64,000 nucleotides of DNA from Phoronis australis (lineage: Eukaryota; Animalia; Phoronida): NCBI GenBank assembly GCA_002633005.1, contig NMRA01000388.1, positions 186,001 to 250,000 of the forward strand. The letters run 5' to 3'. Positions 44,557 to 59,500 of the stretch are shown one piece after another. The notes under the pieces were generated by a model. The model did no database searches, was not told the origin of the DNA, and saw nothing but the letters and a program-made list of their open reading frames with translations. The position numbers were made by a program, and so were the translations under genes. How positions within the stretch are numbered: the stretch's first letter is position 1; each line of letters begins with the position of its first letter.

Positions 44557-47500
44557 TTAGACTCCTTCCTTGTGGCAATCGCGTCCTGAGTTTGCTCGAA
44601 ACGAATCCATCGATGATGATGACGCAGTACCCTGCTTCTCTGGAGAAGACAAGTTCACGTTTGGATCAGAGCCAACGCGTTTGCCTAAAAAGCCCAGACA
44701 AAGAGTTAATATTAGAAAGAGCTGTTGTGGAAATAAGTATGATGCACGATAGGGTTTACATCAAATATTAATTTTTCTTCATGCTTCTGAAATCGAATAA
44801 AGTTTTACGGTCAAAACAAGAAGCATTAATTTGGACACTGTGAGCATTTTGCGACTTCACAGTGAACATAAAAGACTACGAAAAGGAGGATATCCTAATT
44901 CTGAGAGCAAACAAGTTATAAAACTAGGCACACACATTTGCTCCACCTATTAAGACTCAGCCATCATAAAGAACAACAGGCATTTGTCACAGACTGACCA
45001 GACACCTCCCCACTCCCACCTCAGCATGTGTAGAATTTTTAGGCAATAACTTCATGAGACGATGAATTTTTTGTGTGCAGCTACGTCAAACATATTTGAA
45101 ACAGATCACTCAACAAAACAACAAAAAATCTTCAAAGGAGAAAATTTACTAGCTAAAACTTAGATTAGAATTCATAACATAATCTTTTAATATTGCTCCT
45201 AGTGGCTTTGAAAACAACTTCAGTAAAATCAAAGTCAACTAATTCAACTGGAGATGGCATACGTGCATCTTGGTAGAAATGGATAAAATTAAATGTTACT
45301 TCTCTTCAAGCCATCACCAACAACATTTTTTAAACAAAAGCTGCCTTCCTCACTTTGACCTCAAAATGGCATCAGTGTCACCAAATTTGACTGGCACCTA
45401 GACACGCCAACCGACACCCCAGTACAAACTAGGAACAACATTTCATTCTTTCTTATGGAGTGTCGCGTCAACAAAATGTGTCCCCACTCATGACCCATGA
45501 CAAAAAAGCGGAAATTTTTACGGCCCTAATCATGCGTGCACCCAGCCTTGAAAATGAGGGGGGCTCGAATTTTAGAACTTTTGTCATCTCAGATGAATGC
45601 GGCTGCACTTTTTTAGCTCGTCCGTCCACTCCCAGCTCCACACATTTTTGGCTGCAGTCGTAGTATTTGTCACCAAAATTTACAATCTCACGAGACGCCA
45701 TTGAAGAAAACCACGCTATCCCAGGTGCCCTGGCAATGATGACAATTTACGTTCCACAGAAACATAAAGAGCAACTTCCGCTTTTCAAGGTGAAAGTCGT
45801 CGGCAATGCCGTGCCGTGGTAAGAAAGAAATCTGCCACAGAAATTTTATAACAAATTTTTTACGTGGAAATATAATAAAATACACGGACAGAAAATTTGA
45901 AAAAAGTGGAAATTCGCATTTCCGCGGAAAATTCCAAGCCCTGTAATAACTGAAACAAGGTGAGTTAAGCAAGACAAATCCAGCATCATTTTTCCTTGTC
46001 TCAAGATTTTCTTTTTGACAGAGTGAGCAACTAAAAGATACCGCACTCCATCTTGATTTTCAAAAAACAATGGACGGAACCAACGATGCTTGTTTGTCCT
46101 TAAGCGTTAGATTTTTTTGGCATGGCAAGCCTTTTTGAGTGGCAAGTGTTTCCATGATAAGTGGCAAGAGTTCAATAGGGCAGTAAGAGCAGAGGCTGGT
46201 ATACTTAGTGACAAGAAGTCCGCACCCTGAGGTTATTGTTTGTTTTTTCCGTCTGTTATCAAAGCGCTAGGTCTGTAGTTATTGCAGTATTACTCACCGT
46301 TTCTCTTGGACAGCCAGATGATCAGAACTGCAACAAGTATGAGGAGGACCACGCCGCCAACTGCTCCACCGATAATGGCTCCCAGCATGTTGCTTTTGGG
46401 TTTTGGTTTCTGTTGGCAAGACAAAGTTACTTAAAACTTTATTACAGGGATTTCAAATGTTAATTGGGTCAATTAAAGGTCACTGAAAGGTACAGTAGAG
46501 GCCTTATTCACCACGGTGTGGCGGCGAGGGTTTTAAGAAGAAGAAAAGTTGAAAGGTACAGTATAATTATGCCAAAACTAATCAGACAAAATTACCCAGA
46601 ATTCATCATCAGAACGACTGAACACAAGCAAAATTTCCTGTCGTGACATTTGACAAGTGCAAGCAGACTTCCTCATCATGATGGCCCAGTGCAAGAGAAA
46701 TTCAGTGTAGCCAAAGTGAATCATAACCAGCCATTACCTGTCACAGTGGAAAACGGGTTTTGTCAGATTACATTTGACATATAGTGTACCTAGACAGCAT
46801 TCTTGGAAATATCATGATCAGCTAGATGTCCTCGTCATCTGCCAGGTTAAAAGAAGCTCATATCCGAGATCATGTAGCAGAATCAATTATGTGCTCAGGT
46901 AGGGAATGCTTAACACTAATTTTATACAGGAATTTGCTTTCAGCGTATGAATGTCGACACCTATCCTAGCCAACATGTTGAGTTCATTCCTACTGTAAAT
47001 TACAAGTCTTCCAAAGTTAATAAGACATGATAGCAAAACTCATAAAAAACAAATTGAGATAATTTTGCAGATGTTTTCTAACCTAAAGGTTGAAGTTCGT
47101 GACAGGAGACACCAAGTTTCAAGTTAGATTGATGGCACAATATCAACAGCATATTTCAACAATTGCAACATACCGCGTGATGGAGTGAACCCGCTGTCGT
47201 TGTCAATCTCACTACTTAGTACACATAGTGAAGTACAGAAATATATGGCCTTGTTTAGAAGTGACAATAGACTACAAATGTGGAGACCAACTCCAATAGG
47301 GAATCCAACTAAAAACCTTAGTCGCAGTCCAGTGCTCTGCTGGCATGTTTAACTGTCTAGTTTAAAGTCACTGGCCTTGACCTTAGCGACAAACTGGCAG
47401 GCAAAGGCGAGACCTGGTGATTTGTATTAAAATTACAAAACAGAATGGATTATGTTGTTTTAGAGCTCTGGTTAAAGTGTATCCCATCCAATGATAATTC

Positions 47501-50500
47501 CGAAATGTGTTTTCAATTAATGAACACAGTAAGGTTTTGATAATTCATTGAGCCCAATTTAATTCTCTTGAATGTAATACAGACACAGGACACAGTGGAT
47601 TGTTACAACGAACAAATTTGCATCAGATATTAAAAACTTCTGGATGACATTTCAACAAAAACTTATATCATCCTAACTGAATAGACAGTCGGACTAAAAC
47701 CTGATCAAATATTGGCAAACAATACGCTGTTTCTGATAAGCTTACAGGTGGGTCTGGTGTTGTAGTTCCTGTCAGACCGCTGTAGTAGCTTCCGTCAACC
47801 TTCATAAATGGCTGGGCCTCAAATGTCAGGGAGCCATAGTTGAGTTTGAGTCCGCCCTTAATGTCGTTAGCAAGGCTGGTGATGGCTGAGTCTACTCTGC
47901 TGGTATTACCAGACATGACGAAGGATACAACAACACTTCCTGTCAAAATGTAAGGGTTCAAAGGTCAGTATACGTACAACCCTGGAAAATGCCAAAATGT
48001 GGCTTACATTGCAACGTTATATCTTATACTTGGCTGAATGGGTTCAAGTAGTTCAAGTAGTGCACATTCCTCCAAAAGGTGGCTTTATATTTCACCATGA
48101 ATAAATCTTTACATCAAAAGAAACTGGGTAGTAGCATATGACTTGACACCGCTGTTTCACTGAGAACAACCACAACGACATGCATTGGTTACATAACGTG
48201 ACCCATTTTATATTACAAGATTGGGACTATAAATCTAAAATTAAAATTTAATACACTTTCTGTTTTCTGATAGAACATTTGCCGAATTAAATTCTTTTGT
48301 GTGATGCTAGACTAAATGACCGTATGTATTGGCTGGCAAGGTTACTATTATTCTTACAAGAACAATGTGCAGCATTGATGTGGGCCCCATGTCCACCTGT
48401 GCATCACAAATGACAAAGTAAAATACATGAGTAAGAGGTGTTTTTACCATGGCAATTAGATCCATTAACAAATCACCAGATCTATCGAAGAATGTGGCAG
48501 GTAATAACATTATCATTATTATAAATACAGCCACTTATAGGTATATGTGGTCACACAAAAAGCAAGTAGCACCACTTAGATTAAGGGACACTCGATAATT
48601 TGTAATATGTTCAAAAGACTTCTTGGTACCGTCACAAAATTTTAAGACAAAATTAATGATTGTGTTTCTCAAAATTACAATATTCTGTGACTGTTTCTGT
48701 CAACATGCAATGACGGTAGCAGTGTACACCACCAACTTCTTCCAGGCTCAAATGAAAGCATGAGTCGTATTCATTACCTTCGGTGACAACAGGGTTGGAG
48801 ATGATAACATCACAGAAGCTCTTCTTTATATGGTTCATCACCAATGCTGTCACATATTTCCCTGTCACTTTGCCAAAGTCAGCGTTGAACTTCACAGTGA
48901 CGGTCTTGTTGACCTCGACAACAGCGACGCCACACTGTGTCGGCGTAACATCAATGGCAGCTAGTAAGATAAAAAAGTAAAATATCAAGCTATGTACATA
49001 AAATGACAATTTATAAACGCTGTGAAGAATAAGGTATCTGAATGGTCCACTCGCTTTATAAAAAGAGAGAGCCTCATCAGTGTTCAGCAACTTTCAGGCT
49101 AGATTGGTCGTCGGTGCTTTAATTTTACATATACACTCCCTTCCAGAATCCAAACTGTGATGGAGTACAGCAAGGTACCCACGGGAAACTAGGGTGCAGG
49201 CTCATCGCATAGGTATAGGTATATAGACGTATCTATTGTTTACTTTGTTTTTCTTTCTTATAATAAAGATAATGATAAGCATTTATCGGTAATCGGTTCA
49301 TGGGCACTCAAGGTGTGATATCCGTGCAACCTGTATTCATTTGTTATATCCAACTAAGACGCAACAAAGGAAAACAATGGTAGCATCCCACAGGCGGTAA
49401 CCATGATGCGCTTACGCCCGTCGCATGGATCTCGCAAGTTAAAAAATTATCATTTGTGAAATCTATACAACATCATTTGGCAGGTAAAAATGGAATTGTT
49501 CCCATTATGTAAGCGACTTCATAACTTCCTTGTTAACTCTGCAAGTCTTGCGTCAAGAGAGAACCTGCAAGTGAAATCATTGGAAGAAATTGCTTTTGAA
49601 GTGTTGACAAAATTTTTCTCCTCATTCGCAGTCCTAGTATGTTTTTAATACTGTAAATATATTTTTGTAAAATGTACGCCTTATTATTTTGCAAATTAAA
49701 GCAAATGCCTATTTTCTGGAAAGTTGTTTTAAGACCAAATAACTTGCTTTTTTCGTGTAGTAGAAATGTCAGACATTCAAGCCAAAAGAATACCTTAAAT
49801 GCTCACCACTAGACATTTTAAATGAAAAAAATTAGACATTTACCAGATTCCCCAGTGATTGAATACTTCGAAGGTGTTGACTGAACAGAGAAGGTCATAT
49901 AGTATCTGGCAGCAGCAGTGAATGTGATGTCAGAGAAGACCGCTTGGCTTGTGGATGGATTCACAGTGACCGTAGTGGTGCCGGTGATAGCACCGCCATT
50001 GTACACATCAGGAGATGAGAGCGAGGCTGTGGCCTTCCACGTGTGACCCTATAATTAATGAATGAGTACTATAGATGGAGCTCCACCTAGTGGTGCTGGT
50101 GATAGTACCACCATTGTACACATCAGGAGATGAGAGTGAGACTGTGGCCATCCACGTTTGACCCTATAATTAATGAATGAGTATTATAGATGGAGCTCCA
50201 CCTAGTTGTGCCGGTGATAGTACCACCATTGTACACATCAGGAGATGAGAGAGAGGCTGTGGCCTTCCATGTGTGACCCTATAATTAATGAATCAGTATT
50301 ACCGATGAAGCTACACCTAGTGGTGCCGGTGACAGTACCACCATTGTACACATCAGGAGACGAGAGTGAGACTGTGGCCATCCACGTGTGACCCTATAAT
50401 AGATACGTCATTGAAGGAGTTACATGTTGCCCATGGTGATAGTATAGGTCTTGAATGTTAAAGGCATATGAGTGCACATGGCTGCATGTTGCCTTCCATA

Positions 50501-53500
50501 TTGTGATTCTACAACAGACACAAGTATTGAGTATTAATTAAACATTAGATACTTGGTGGTGCCAGTGGTGATAATGGTGATAGTGAAGCCATAGTATCGG
50601 TCAGGAAATGATAATTACAATGAGGCTGAAGCATTCTGCACATGGCTCGAGACTACATGAATGATGGGATATAAAAATACAGAGGTGCAAGCAGTAGGTA
50701 TACAAACAAGGTAAGCAACCTGCCACAAGTCATCTCTCTTCATAGCACTGTTAAGCATTAACAATTACCAGTGAATATGGGAAACCAAAAACAAAGTCAC
50801 GCTGATAATAAGTGTTACAGTGCATTCCAAAAATAATCACTGATAAACAAAATAATCTCAAATTCCCAGTCAAGGCAGCTCAGGACAAGCGTAATTCCAA
50901 ATGACAGATGGATGTGAGCAATACTCCACACCAGAATAGCGAAAAGTCATGCATCGTGGCAGGTCATTAATATGCTATTTGGAGTGCACTGTAGGAGTCA
51001 CTTCCCATCAATGTTTACTCCGGGAAAACCACACATTATATTCACTTCTACAAAAACAGGTCAATGGTCACTTGCCCTTCAACGACATCTGCTACAAACA
51101 AATAGATCATAGCATTCCCGAATGGAAAAAGAAGCGCCAAGTTTGTTACTATACTTTTCAAGCCTCAGAGCAACTGGATTCATGTCATGAAATGCCCTTC
51201 TCCCAGGGTTTAATCATAAGCAGTTTTTAAATCAGATTCAGTAATAAGTTATCAACCCTTCTGGAACAACCACAAATTTGAGTAACGATCACTCGAATCA
51301 ATACTTAGGCTCCATTTTGTAAACACAAGAATTTTATGAATAAAGGCTTAGCTTGGTGACATCGTGCTTCGGCTGTAATGCATGGTGAAATCTCAATCTT
51401 GTGATATCTCACATCTTCATGAGGCCCTAGTGTCTACAAAAACAGCGGCCCTGTTTCATAGTCTATGGTAGTTGTACATTTAATCATTTATTTTCTAATA
51501 CTCGGAAAAGACTGAACTTTTTGTGGCATTGGTAAGTAAGTACCTTCCAAGCAATGTCGTGGTGCTTGTTCCCTGACAACAAATCCTGGATCTCCACTGT
51601 GATGGTCGTTGGGTCATTGACAGTGATGTTGCTCTCTATTGGCAGCACGCCAACTTTCAGCTGTTGCTCGGCAACAGAGATTGCTGGGGAGTTGGCTGAG
51701 AACTTTCCAATGGCCTCGGCTGGACTACTGATGGTGAAGTCAATGATGTAGCCTGAGCCACTGTGCGAGATGAAAAGGTCTGTGAAGTTGAACCAACCAT
51801 TCTTGTACGGTATAGTTGTGGTACCCATGAGCTTGGCACGGTTGTCACTTCCAGAGTTGGCTCTCAGCTCAGCGGTGAGCATCCATGGCGACAGGTTGGA
51901 GCCAAGAACTTTGACAACAGTGCCCTGGTAACACACGATGGGGAGAATAGTGATCAAAGCTTGTAAAATATTAGCAAACATCAATTACTTAAAAAATTAT
52001 ATTTTTATTTTTATTTTGCAGCTTATTATTAAGGAGCTTTGTTTCTATTAATTTATCCTTTGCAATTTTTATATTAACTTCAAAATTCCCCACGTATTAT
52101 GGAAACATTGCACACTTTTAATTAATAAGTGATTAGTCGTCGTGTTTTATAATATTAGGTTGAGCAGGAAGCAGACCGACTGCAACTGAGTAACATCAAC
52201 ACATCAGGTAATATTCAGAAACCATTGACTTACATAATCACTGCTCCAAGAAGCTGAACAGGGACTTACCTTACTGTCATACACTTGAAGGCTTGGTTGA
52301 ACAGACAGTGGAGACCCCTCTTGGACACCCACAGGTTGAGCCACCAGCTGCATGGAGGCTGGAATCTGAACAGAAATCTGGAGGTTCCCATTATCGTTCT
52401 TCACCAGCTCATTCCACAGGGGGTTACTCGGATCTGGAAGGGGCTCAACCACATTGACGTCCAGTACTGTCGTGTTCAATGCCTGGTCAATCTTGCCAAG
52501 TTGTACAGCGTTAATTATGGCTGCTGAAGCATTCACCAGGCTTTCGTAACTCATGGCGTCGGGTGCAGTCTCGTTATACCCCACCTTATCTGAGGGCGGA
52601 TCTCCAATCTCAATTTGAACAGCTGTGGATCCGGTGCTGCGCTTGCGCCGTCCATTCTCTCTCACCACGTTGACAATGCGAATCTTATTGGCTGGCACGC
52701 CAAGGAAAGTAGCTAGATTGTTGACAAGGTTTTCACCAAAGAAGTCATCGACTGTTATTGGCGGCAGATTTACGGACAGAACAACGACTTCTTTTGCTTT
52801 GATGTCTACCACAGAGTCTCCTTTGATTATAATATGGAGGAGGTTGGTCTCACGATCAAACCAGTTGGAACCAGATGGCATGTCAAATTTGGGCAGGTAC
52901 TGACCAGTGTAGGTGGGGTCTTCTAAGGTACCTTTAGCATTTGAATTGGTTGGGTACATGTAGGTCTTTGTATATACATCGAGGCGAAGAGGCGTACTGT
53001 AGAAGATGGCGACCCGAACAGCATCCGTCTTTGCAGCATTGAGCAGGAAGAAGCGCAACTTCTGTGGGCTGACTCCGGTGAAGTAAACGTCATAGCTTTG
53101 GTCTGCAGGAAAGAGGCATGAAGAAAAGTTTAGTATAATTGCATTTAATTTCTGACTTTTTTGTAAATAAGGACCACGATTATTTCATTGAACTGAAACT
53201 TTTCCTAATGCCTGTCAGGTTTTACATCAGATATTATTTGTTGATTTTCATCACGGTACTCAATTAGTCAAGCTCACTAACATATACTGTTTCTCACTTA
53301 CCTGACGTACACACATAAACTCACACTAAAGTATTCTATGAAGACCTCAGGAAGTAATGTTAAATCATTTATAATTATGAATAACTCAGAGATAGCATTA
53401 TTAAGACATTTTGGTCAATTTTTCACATTTTATTTTCCAAAGACATTTTGAATCATTTAATAAATTTGGGGTAAAAAACGCATTTAATAGATCACAATTC

Positions 53501-56500
53501 TTGAAACAAATTCGTTGGAGGGTATGAACACGTCGCACGATGCAAACGCGCCATATGTCTGATTGGTTCATTCGCTGCAGCTGTATTAGCTTACATTTAC
53601 CTGCATCATAGCTAAAGGGTAAAGTCAAATTCTTCTGCACTGGTGTTTGGCCATTTCAGTCACTGAGCACAGTTATGAGAATGGAAAAGTGAGAGAACAC
53701 CTTGTGCCACATGACATTTTCGCAACTTATACTTATGGCCATTTTGTATTCATTACAAGCCAACACAATGCATGTATTGTCTTATCGCAGCACTATACTC
53801 TTGCTGCACATAAAGTATTAAGAATAGTAGTCCATTTCAGAACGTTTTGTCGCAAAAGTACCTTGTTCTCTAAATTATCAACGCATAGTGCGCGTTATTT
53901 CGATGATTTTCTGTTTCAACGAGAGATGTCTTTTGCTACGAGTCCTCACAGTGACGGCACATCACTAGGCTGACCAGTCAGACACCTCTCTAGTTTTTGA
54001 AAGTTGAATGACAAAATTCTGGTCAAAATAATAAGCCATATTCCTTACAGGCATGAATGGCTCACTGCAACACACTCACAGGTTGAGGAAAATTAGTTTT
54101 TCAATAGTCAATAAAAAAGATCCGAAACATCTTTACACTAAGTTACGCCAAACTGACCAAACATCCTTTAAAAATAAGAACAACATTCATATGGTGATGT
54201 CGCTTTTTTAGTAAATTTCATCCAGACAGTTTATACCCCTAACTGTGACCACGGAGGTGTGACAGAATGCTTCCCAATAGGAACATTACACAGGGATTAG
54301 ATTCTCACAACTGGCTCAAACACCACGAGCCTCAGTTGACTAGGGCGACATTACTTAATACGATAATTGATAAAAGGACCAATAGCTTCTGGGTTGGAAG
54401 CATTGAGGTCGCGTTCATTCATCTGACTCTGACAAAATGGTTCAGATATGGGCCTTGGTCATTGCAGGCATGGCTCCGAGTATTTTCAGCATGTGTGTGG
54501 AGTTTAGAGACATGCATTTGGAATTTGGTGTTTGCTGGCCAAGGGCTGGGGTTAAGGTAACGAAAACTAGAGTAAAGTGTGACCACGAAATTGTCGCCAG
54601 CCCATGTTTTGGGGTAGATTAATATTGTGCGAAATGACTAAAGCAGGCTTAGTGTTTTTGCAATCTACTTATTGTATTAGGCAATTAATGAACTCACTCA
54701 TAGCCATGAGGAACTGGAATGTGGAGATTCTTTTCTGGCATGTGTATCCAGCGCACCAGCCATGATCCTGGGGTCCATTTATAAGGTCAATGTAACCGCC
54801 TGTTGCCAAGGCAACAGGCGACAGTCTGCGGGTTTCAGTATCACTGTCCATACTCTCGATAACAGCTGCTCTGTAGTTGATGCCAGTGCACTTGTACGCG
54901 TGCCACTCTGAGTTGTAAACACACTGCGACGGGTTGCCACGATAATGACCTGAAAATGTAGATGATGCACAACTGAGAGACTTCTCTTATCTTGTGTATG
55001 GTGGCAGCAAACTTATTGAATAAAAATAAAAGAATTTTGTACTAACTAAACAAACTCTTCAGACTATTGGCCTTGATCTAAAATATGCTGACAAGCCTAT
55101 TCTTGTATGTGATACCTTTGTTTGGATACAACTTGTTGACGTCCAACCTGGCGCCAGTCTTGGCATCGGTCAACATCGTCTTTGGTATGCGGTAGTCACC
55201 AACGCCCCAGCGCTTGTCGCCGTCCCATTCGTCCTCAGCCTTAGAAATGTAGGCAATGGATGAGCCCGATGAACTGCCAGAGATGCATTTGGAGAATGTA
55301 CCATCCTCGTCGTCAATCATGAGTTCTTTCTTGGCGTCACAGATCATATCCACACAATCCGATGGGTTCACCTTCCTGAAGTACATACATGTACGTGAAA
55401 CAATGGCACCATTGACAATGTCAGTGAACACCATTTTCAATGTAAATTCAACGAAGCAAGACAAATTTCTACAAAATTCATCAGTCTTTTAAAAACTTCC
55501 GTTTTTGCATGGAATTGGCAGCGAGATTTGGAGTGACTAGAAACCTGCCTTCGAACAAAAACTTTACTTTAGATTTAGACGACGAACTACTACGAAACAG
55601 TTTCCAGTTGTCAAATAGGGTGTGAATTCAGGGCATGGAAGGAACTGACAATTCATTATTGCTTGAGACCAGCCTCTCCTACCATGCTACATGAGATCAA
55701 GCCTGAACAAGTACCTTTAGTGAAAACCTGATACTTTTTAATATTACAGCCCCACACTATCTATCCTCTTTGAATATGATTGCTTTGATTTGAATTTTCA
55801 CGAGGAACCCTTTGTTTTGGTTCCCTAGTACAGTAAGCTAGTACTCTAAATTACACAATTGTGATAGCACCATGGAATGAGTGGAGTTTTCTGATCGACT
55901 ATTTCAATGAAAACATTGAATTTCACAGCTGCCGTTTCTGAGATATGAGGTTGTGAAGCTTGGACATTTACTAGGATCCTACGTCATCTCAAGACAGCCA
56001 ATATCGAAAAGCAAGAAGCACAAGTCAAGCAGACTCGGGAACGTACCCAACACTGGAACGGCTGAATTTAAGGGGTCGCTGGATATTGGAACAGGTGATA
56101 TTGTTCATCCTGACTGGGTGCATGAAGTCATCATTGGACGGGTTGGACGTGATCACAGTATCCTTCAGGCCACAGTTATTGGTGCTGAAGTTGCGGAATG
56201 TGACCCCTGTAAGATAAATAAAGCGAAAAATGTCACATTCATACAACAAGTGATCATTCAGCAGTTGCACAGCTGGTGACGCCATAATTCTGAACATTCA
56301 TTGGTGTGATACCAGCAGTGAGATATCGATAGATATAGGGGGCAGAACTGATCGGCCCATAATTGAACACCTGATGCATCAGCCAACCACATATAGCTGC
56401 ATTTTGCCGTTGTTTAGCTGTCAAAGTTGAAAGCTTAACAGATTGAAGCGTTTTGGCATCATCAGGTTTATCACAACTTGAATTGTTTGCCGAACGATAG

Positions 56501-59500
56501 TCAGCGCCTCAAGTCCCAAGCAATGCCTACCCGAGTCATTTTGGAATTCGTATTTAAAAGTTTATGGTTGGCAAATACCAATAAACTCTGAAGTGTTGTC
56601 TCGAGTCGTTGATCGTTACGATGTTTTTGTTGGCAACAGAAACAGAATCCTATCACGGTACGGTTGTCACCAATCTCAGACAAAAACAAAATAGTTTTGA
56701 ACTAAAAATATTGTAAAAATTCTTAAGATTAGGATGTTGTACAATATTGCCTAAAAATGTGTTCTTGGCAAATTTCGCACAAAAGGAACAACCAAAAATT
56801 AGATGTAGTTAGGCTGGTTTGTACTACTTAGATTTTAGTGAACAATTGGACAGACACAATATAAAAAATTTGCAATGTTGCGCAGTGAAAATTTCGCCAA
56901 TTTCAGACAAAAATAACTACTACTGCTACAACAGACTTCGCACTTTTCAAGACTGATTAAACATTCGTTGCTTGATATCTTTTATGAAAAACAAAATTGT
57001 AACTAAAGCAACATCAAAAAATGAAAATTAAAATGGGTCGGACATATTGTGTCTTGAACAGGCGAGATTTTCCTGTAAGTGACCGTCAAACACTTACTTT
57101 GACTTTCAGTTTTAGTTTAACAGAGCAAAATACCACAGTGACTTTAGTAGTGGTGAATATTTATCTAGTTTAAGCAAGTGATTATAGGACCATGATGATG
57201 TACAATGATGTAACCAACTATGCAAGAAATAGTGGCTAGAACCCAATGACCATTCACATTGGACACAAACACAAGACACACTACCAAGTTGGAAATATGT
57301 TCTGTTCCATGCCTTTCAGCTGCCTGAAAATTGGTTGACATCATGCAAGGCATTTGTATGCTGTATTGTAGTACAAGCAACCTTTGGCCTTTATTACAGA
57401 TTGAAGTTTGGTTTAATTTCACAATAACATGACAGTTACATATCAGCTGCACAGAGACTGGCTTCAACATGTCAAAACTCAACACATTCTACAGGTTTCA
57501 TATGAAGTCACTAGGCAAACTAGCAATAATACCTGAGACCTCCACTTTGCCACATATGGCCGGATAAGCCATGATGTTTTTCCAAGGTTTGAATGGCATG
57601 CTGTTGCCAGCACCTTGGAAACTGGGGAAGAAGAGCCCTGTAAAACCAAGACCATTCATCACAATAATATTATAACTGATTCCCAAAATGGTGTCCAGTT
57701 AAATTTTCCAATAAAACGCACAGCAGACTGCAATAAAACATAAAAAGATCATAAGGTCTAAATAAGGTTAAAACAATGCACAGGTAAATAAATTATATAA
57801 ATCCTAGGATTGAGTTAATGACATGACAACTTTTAGCAAAAGACAATTATAGACTCTTTGACAAACAGGTCCCCTGGCATAGCAATAAGTCAAGCAGCAA
57901 CTGTTACAGTAATACATATAGGTGACAGTCACATGTTATTGGCCAAACATGACTTCTGAAGCACACGAGAATGACTAATAGCATCAACGAAAATAACAAC
58001 AGCTTCAAACTCACAATCTTATGCAAATTGCCAATTCAGTAAAAACACTGAGAACCATAATTAGACACTACAAGAACTCTACACCTTGCAACATTGCAGA
58101 GCATGGGTTATTACATACCTACGCTACCCTTGTCGTTTTTGTAGTTACCAGATCGGGCCACACCCGAAACCTTAAGCATCTTCATATTCCAATTTATCTT
58201 GTCAGTGGTGCAGTCGAACCCTTCGGAGGTACCAACAACAGTCGACTTCTTGAATGACACATACTTGTTGGCACACACATGACTAAGAGCTCCAGGGCCG
58301 AGAACAAAGGCAAAGAAGCTGACGCTGTTCTCTGCCAGCACCATGTCATGTACCTCCAAGGATGGACTAGACTGAAATGGCACAGCGGTCAAAAAGTCAC
58401 TAACGAATGAGATACTACATGACTCCCACACAATTTATGTCTCTTCACATCTCCGCATTACCTTTCCATTCAGTATTCTGAGTTTCAATTCTGGACCAAT
58501 GTAAATGTCCATGACATGTATAAATTTTGTTATTAGCAACCCAACAGTACACACTCGAGTCATTATTCAAAATCAAGTTTTCAGATTTTGTATAAATCTC
58601 AACAAACCTACCTGGTAATAGAAGCCATAATCAATACTTTTGTAGGCAAAGAAACCCGAGAACTTCACACAGCTTCCTGGCAGCTGATCCTCTGGAATGA
58701 CGATGACACCAGTGGTGCTGGAGTGAACTACATTGCCTTGCCATGTTGACTGCTGGTCACACGTCGGTGGCCTCACGTGATATCCAATGCGTTCAGCACC
58801 AGCGACCACGTTATTGGCTAGAATCACATTGCTCGCTTTTACCATGGCTTCAATGGCGGCATCGTAAGCCAAGCTGGTGACCTCGAATCGTCCATTCCAG
58901 CCGCCTGGCCATACATCATTCATTATGACGTTACTGCTGATCTCGACACTGTCTGACTCAACTCTGATGGCTGAAACATGGAACATAATTACTTTGAATA
59001 TTGCCAAAAATAGCACAGAGCAGCAACTTGTGCCTTTTCGCAGCAGATGCACATCTTTTCAGTGCCACGAAGCACCATCTTTGTAAACCATGATTGGTTG
59101 GGTTCACGTTTAGGAGAGGAACTCTTTGTTTTGGTTTAAATCAAGTTGAGAATTACAAACTGGCAACAATAAAACCATCGACCATATGATGTTCACCGAT
59201 TGTCTCACCTCTGATAAGTTGACATATTCAACTGTATGCAACTGTAATAAATTGTAACTAACACATAAATGGGTTTTACCTAAAAATTTCCTAAGCAAGA
59301 AAGTGTTTAGGAGAGTCAATTGGGTTAGGTTTGGGAAAACAATTGGCACAAAAATGGCCAATTAATTATTAATCATGTATCTCTAATTAATGCAATCATG
59401 CTATAGCAATGTCAGACAAGGCATCAATCAAACACTTTCAATTGGCCAGTTTTTGCACACCACTTACCTCCTCCGATGGTTCCAAAGATGTTGTTGCCGC

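Noticed and set aside
49973-50400. Regularly spaced repeats as a possible CRISPR array
   Set aside because: The whole 115-bp unit is repeated with no unique spacers, it derives from a host exon, and no cas genes are present.
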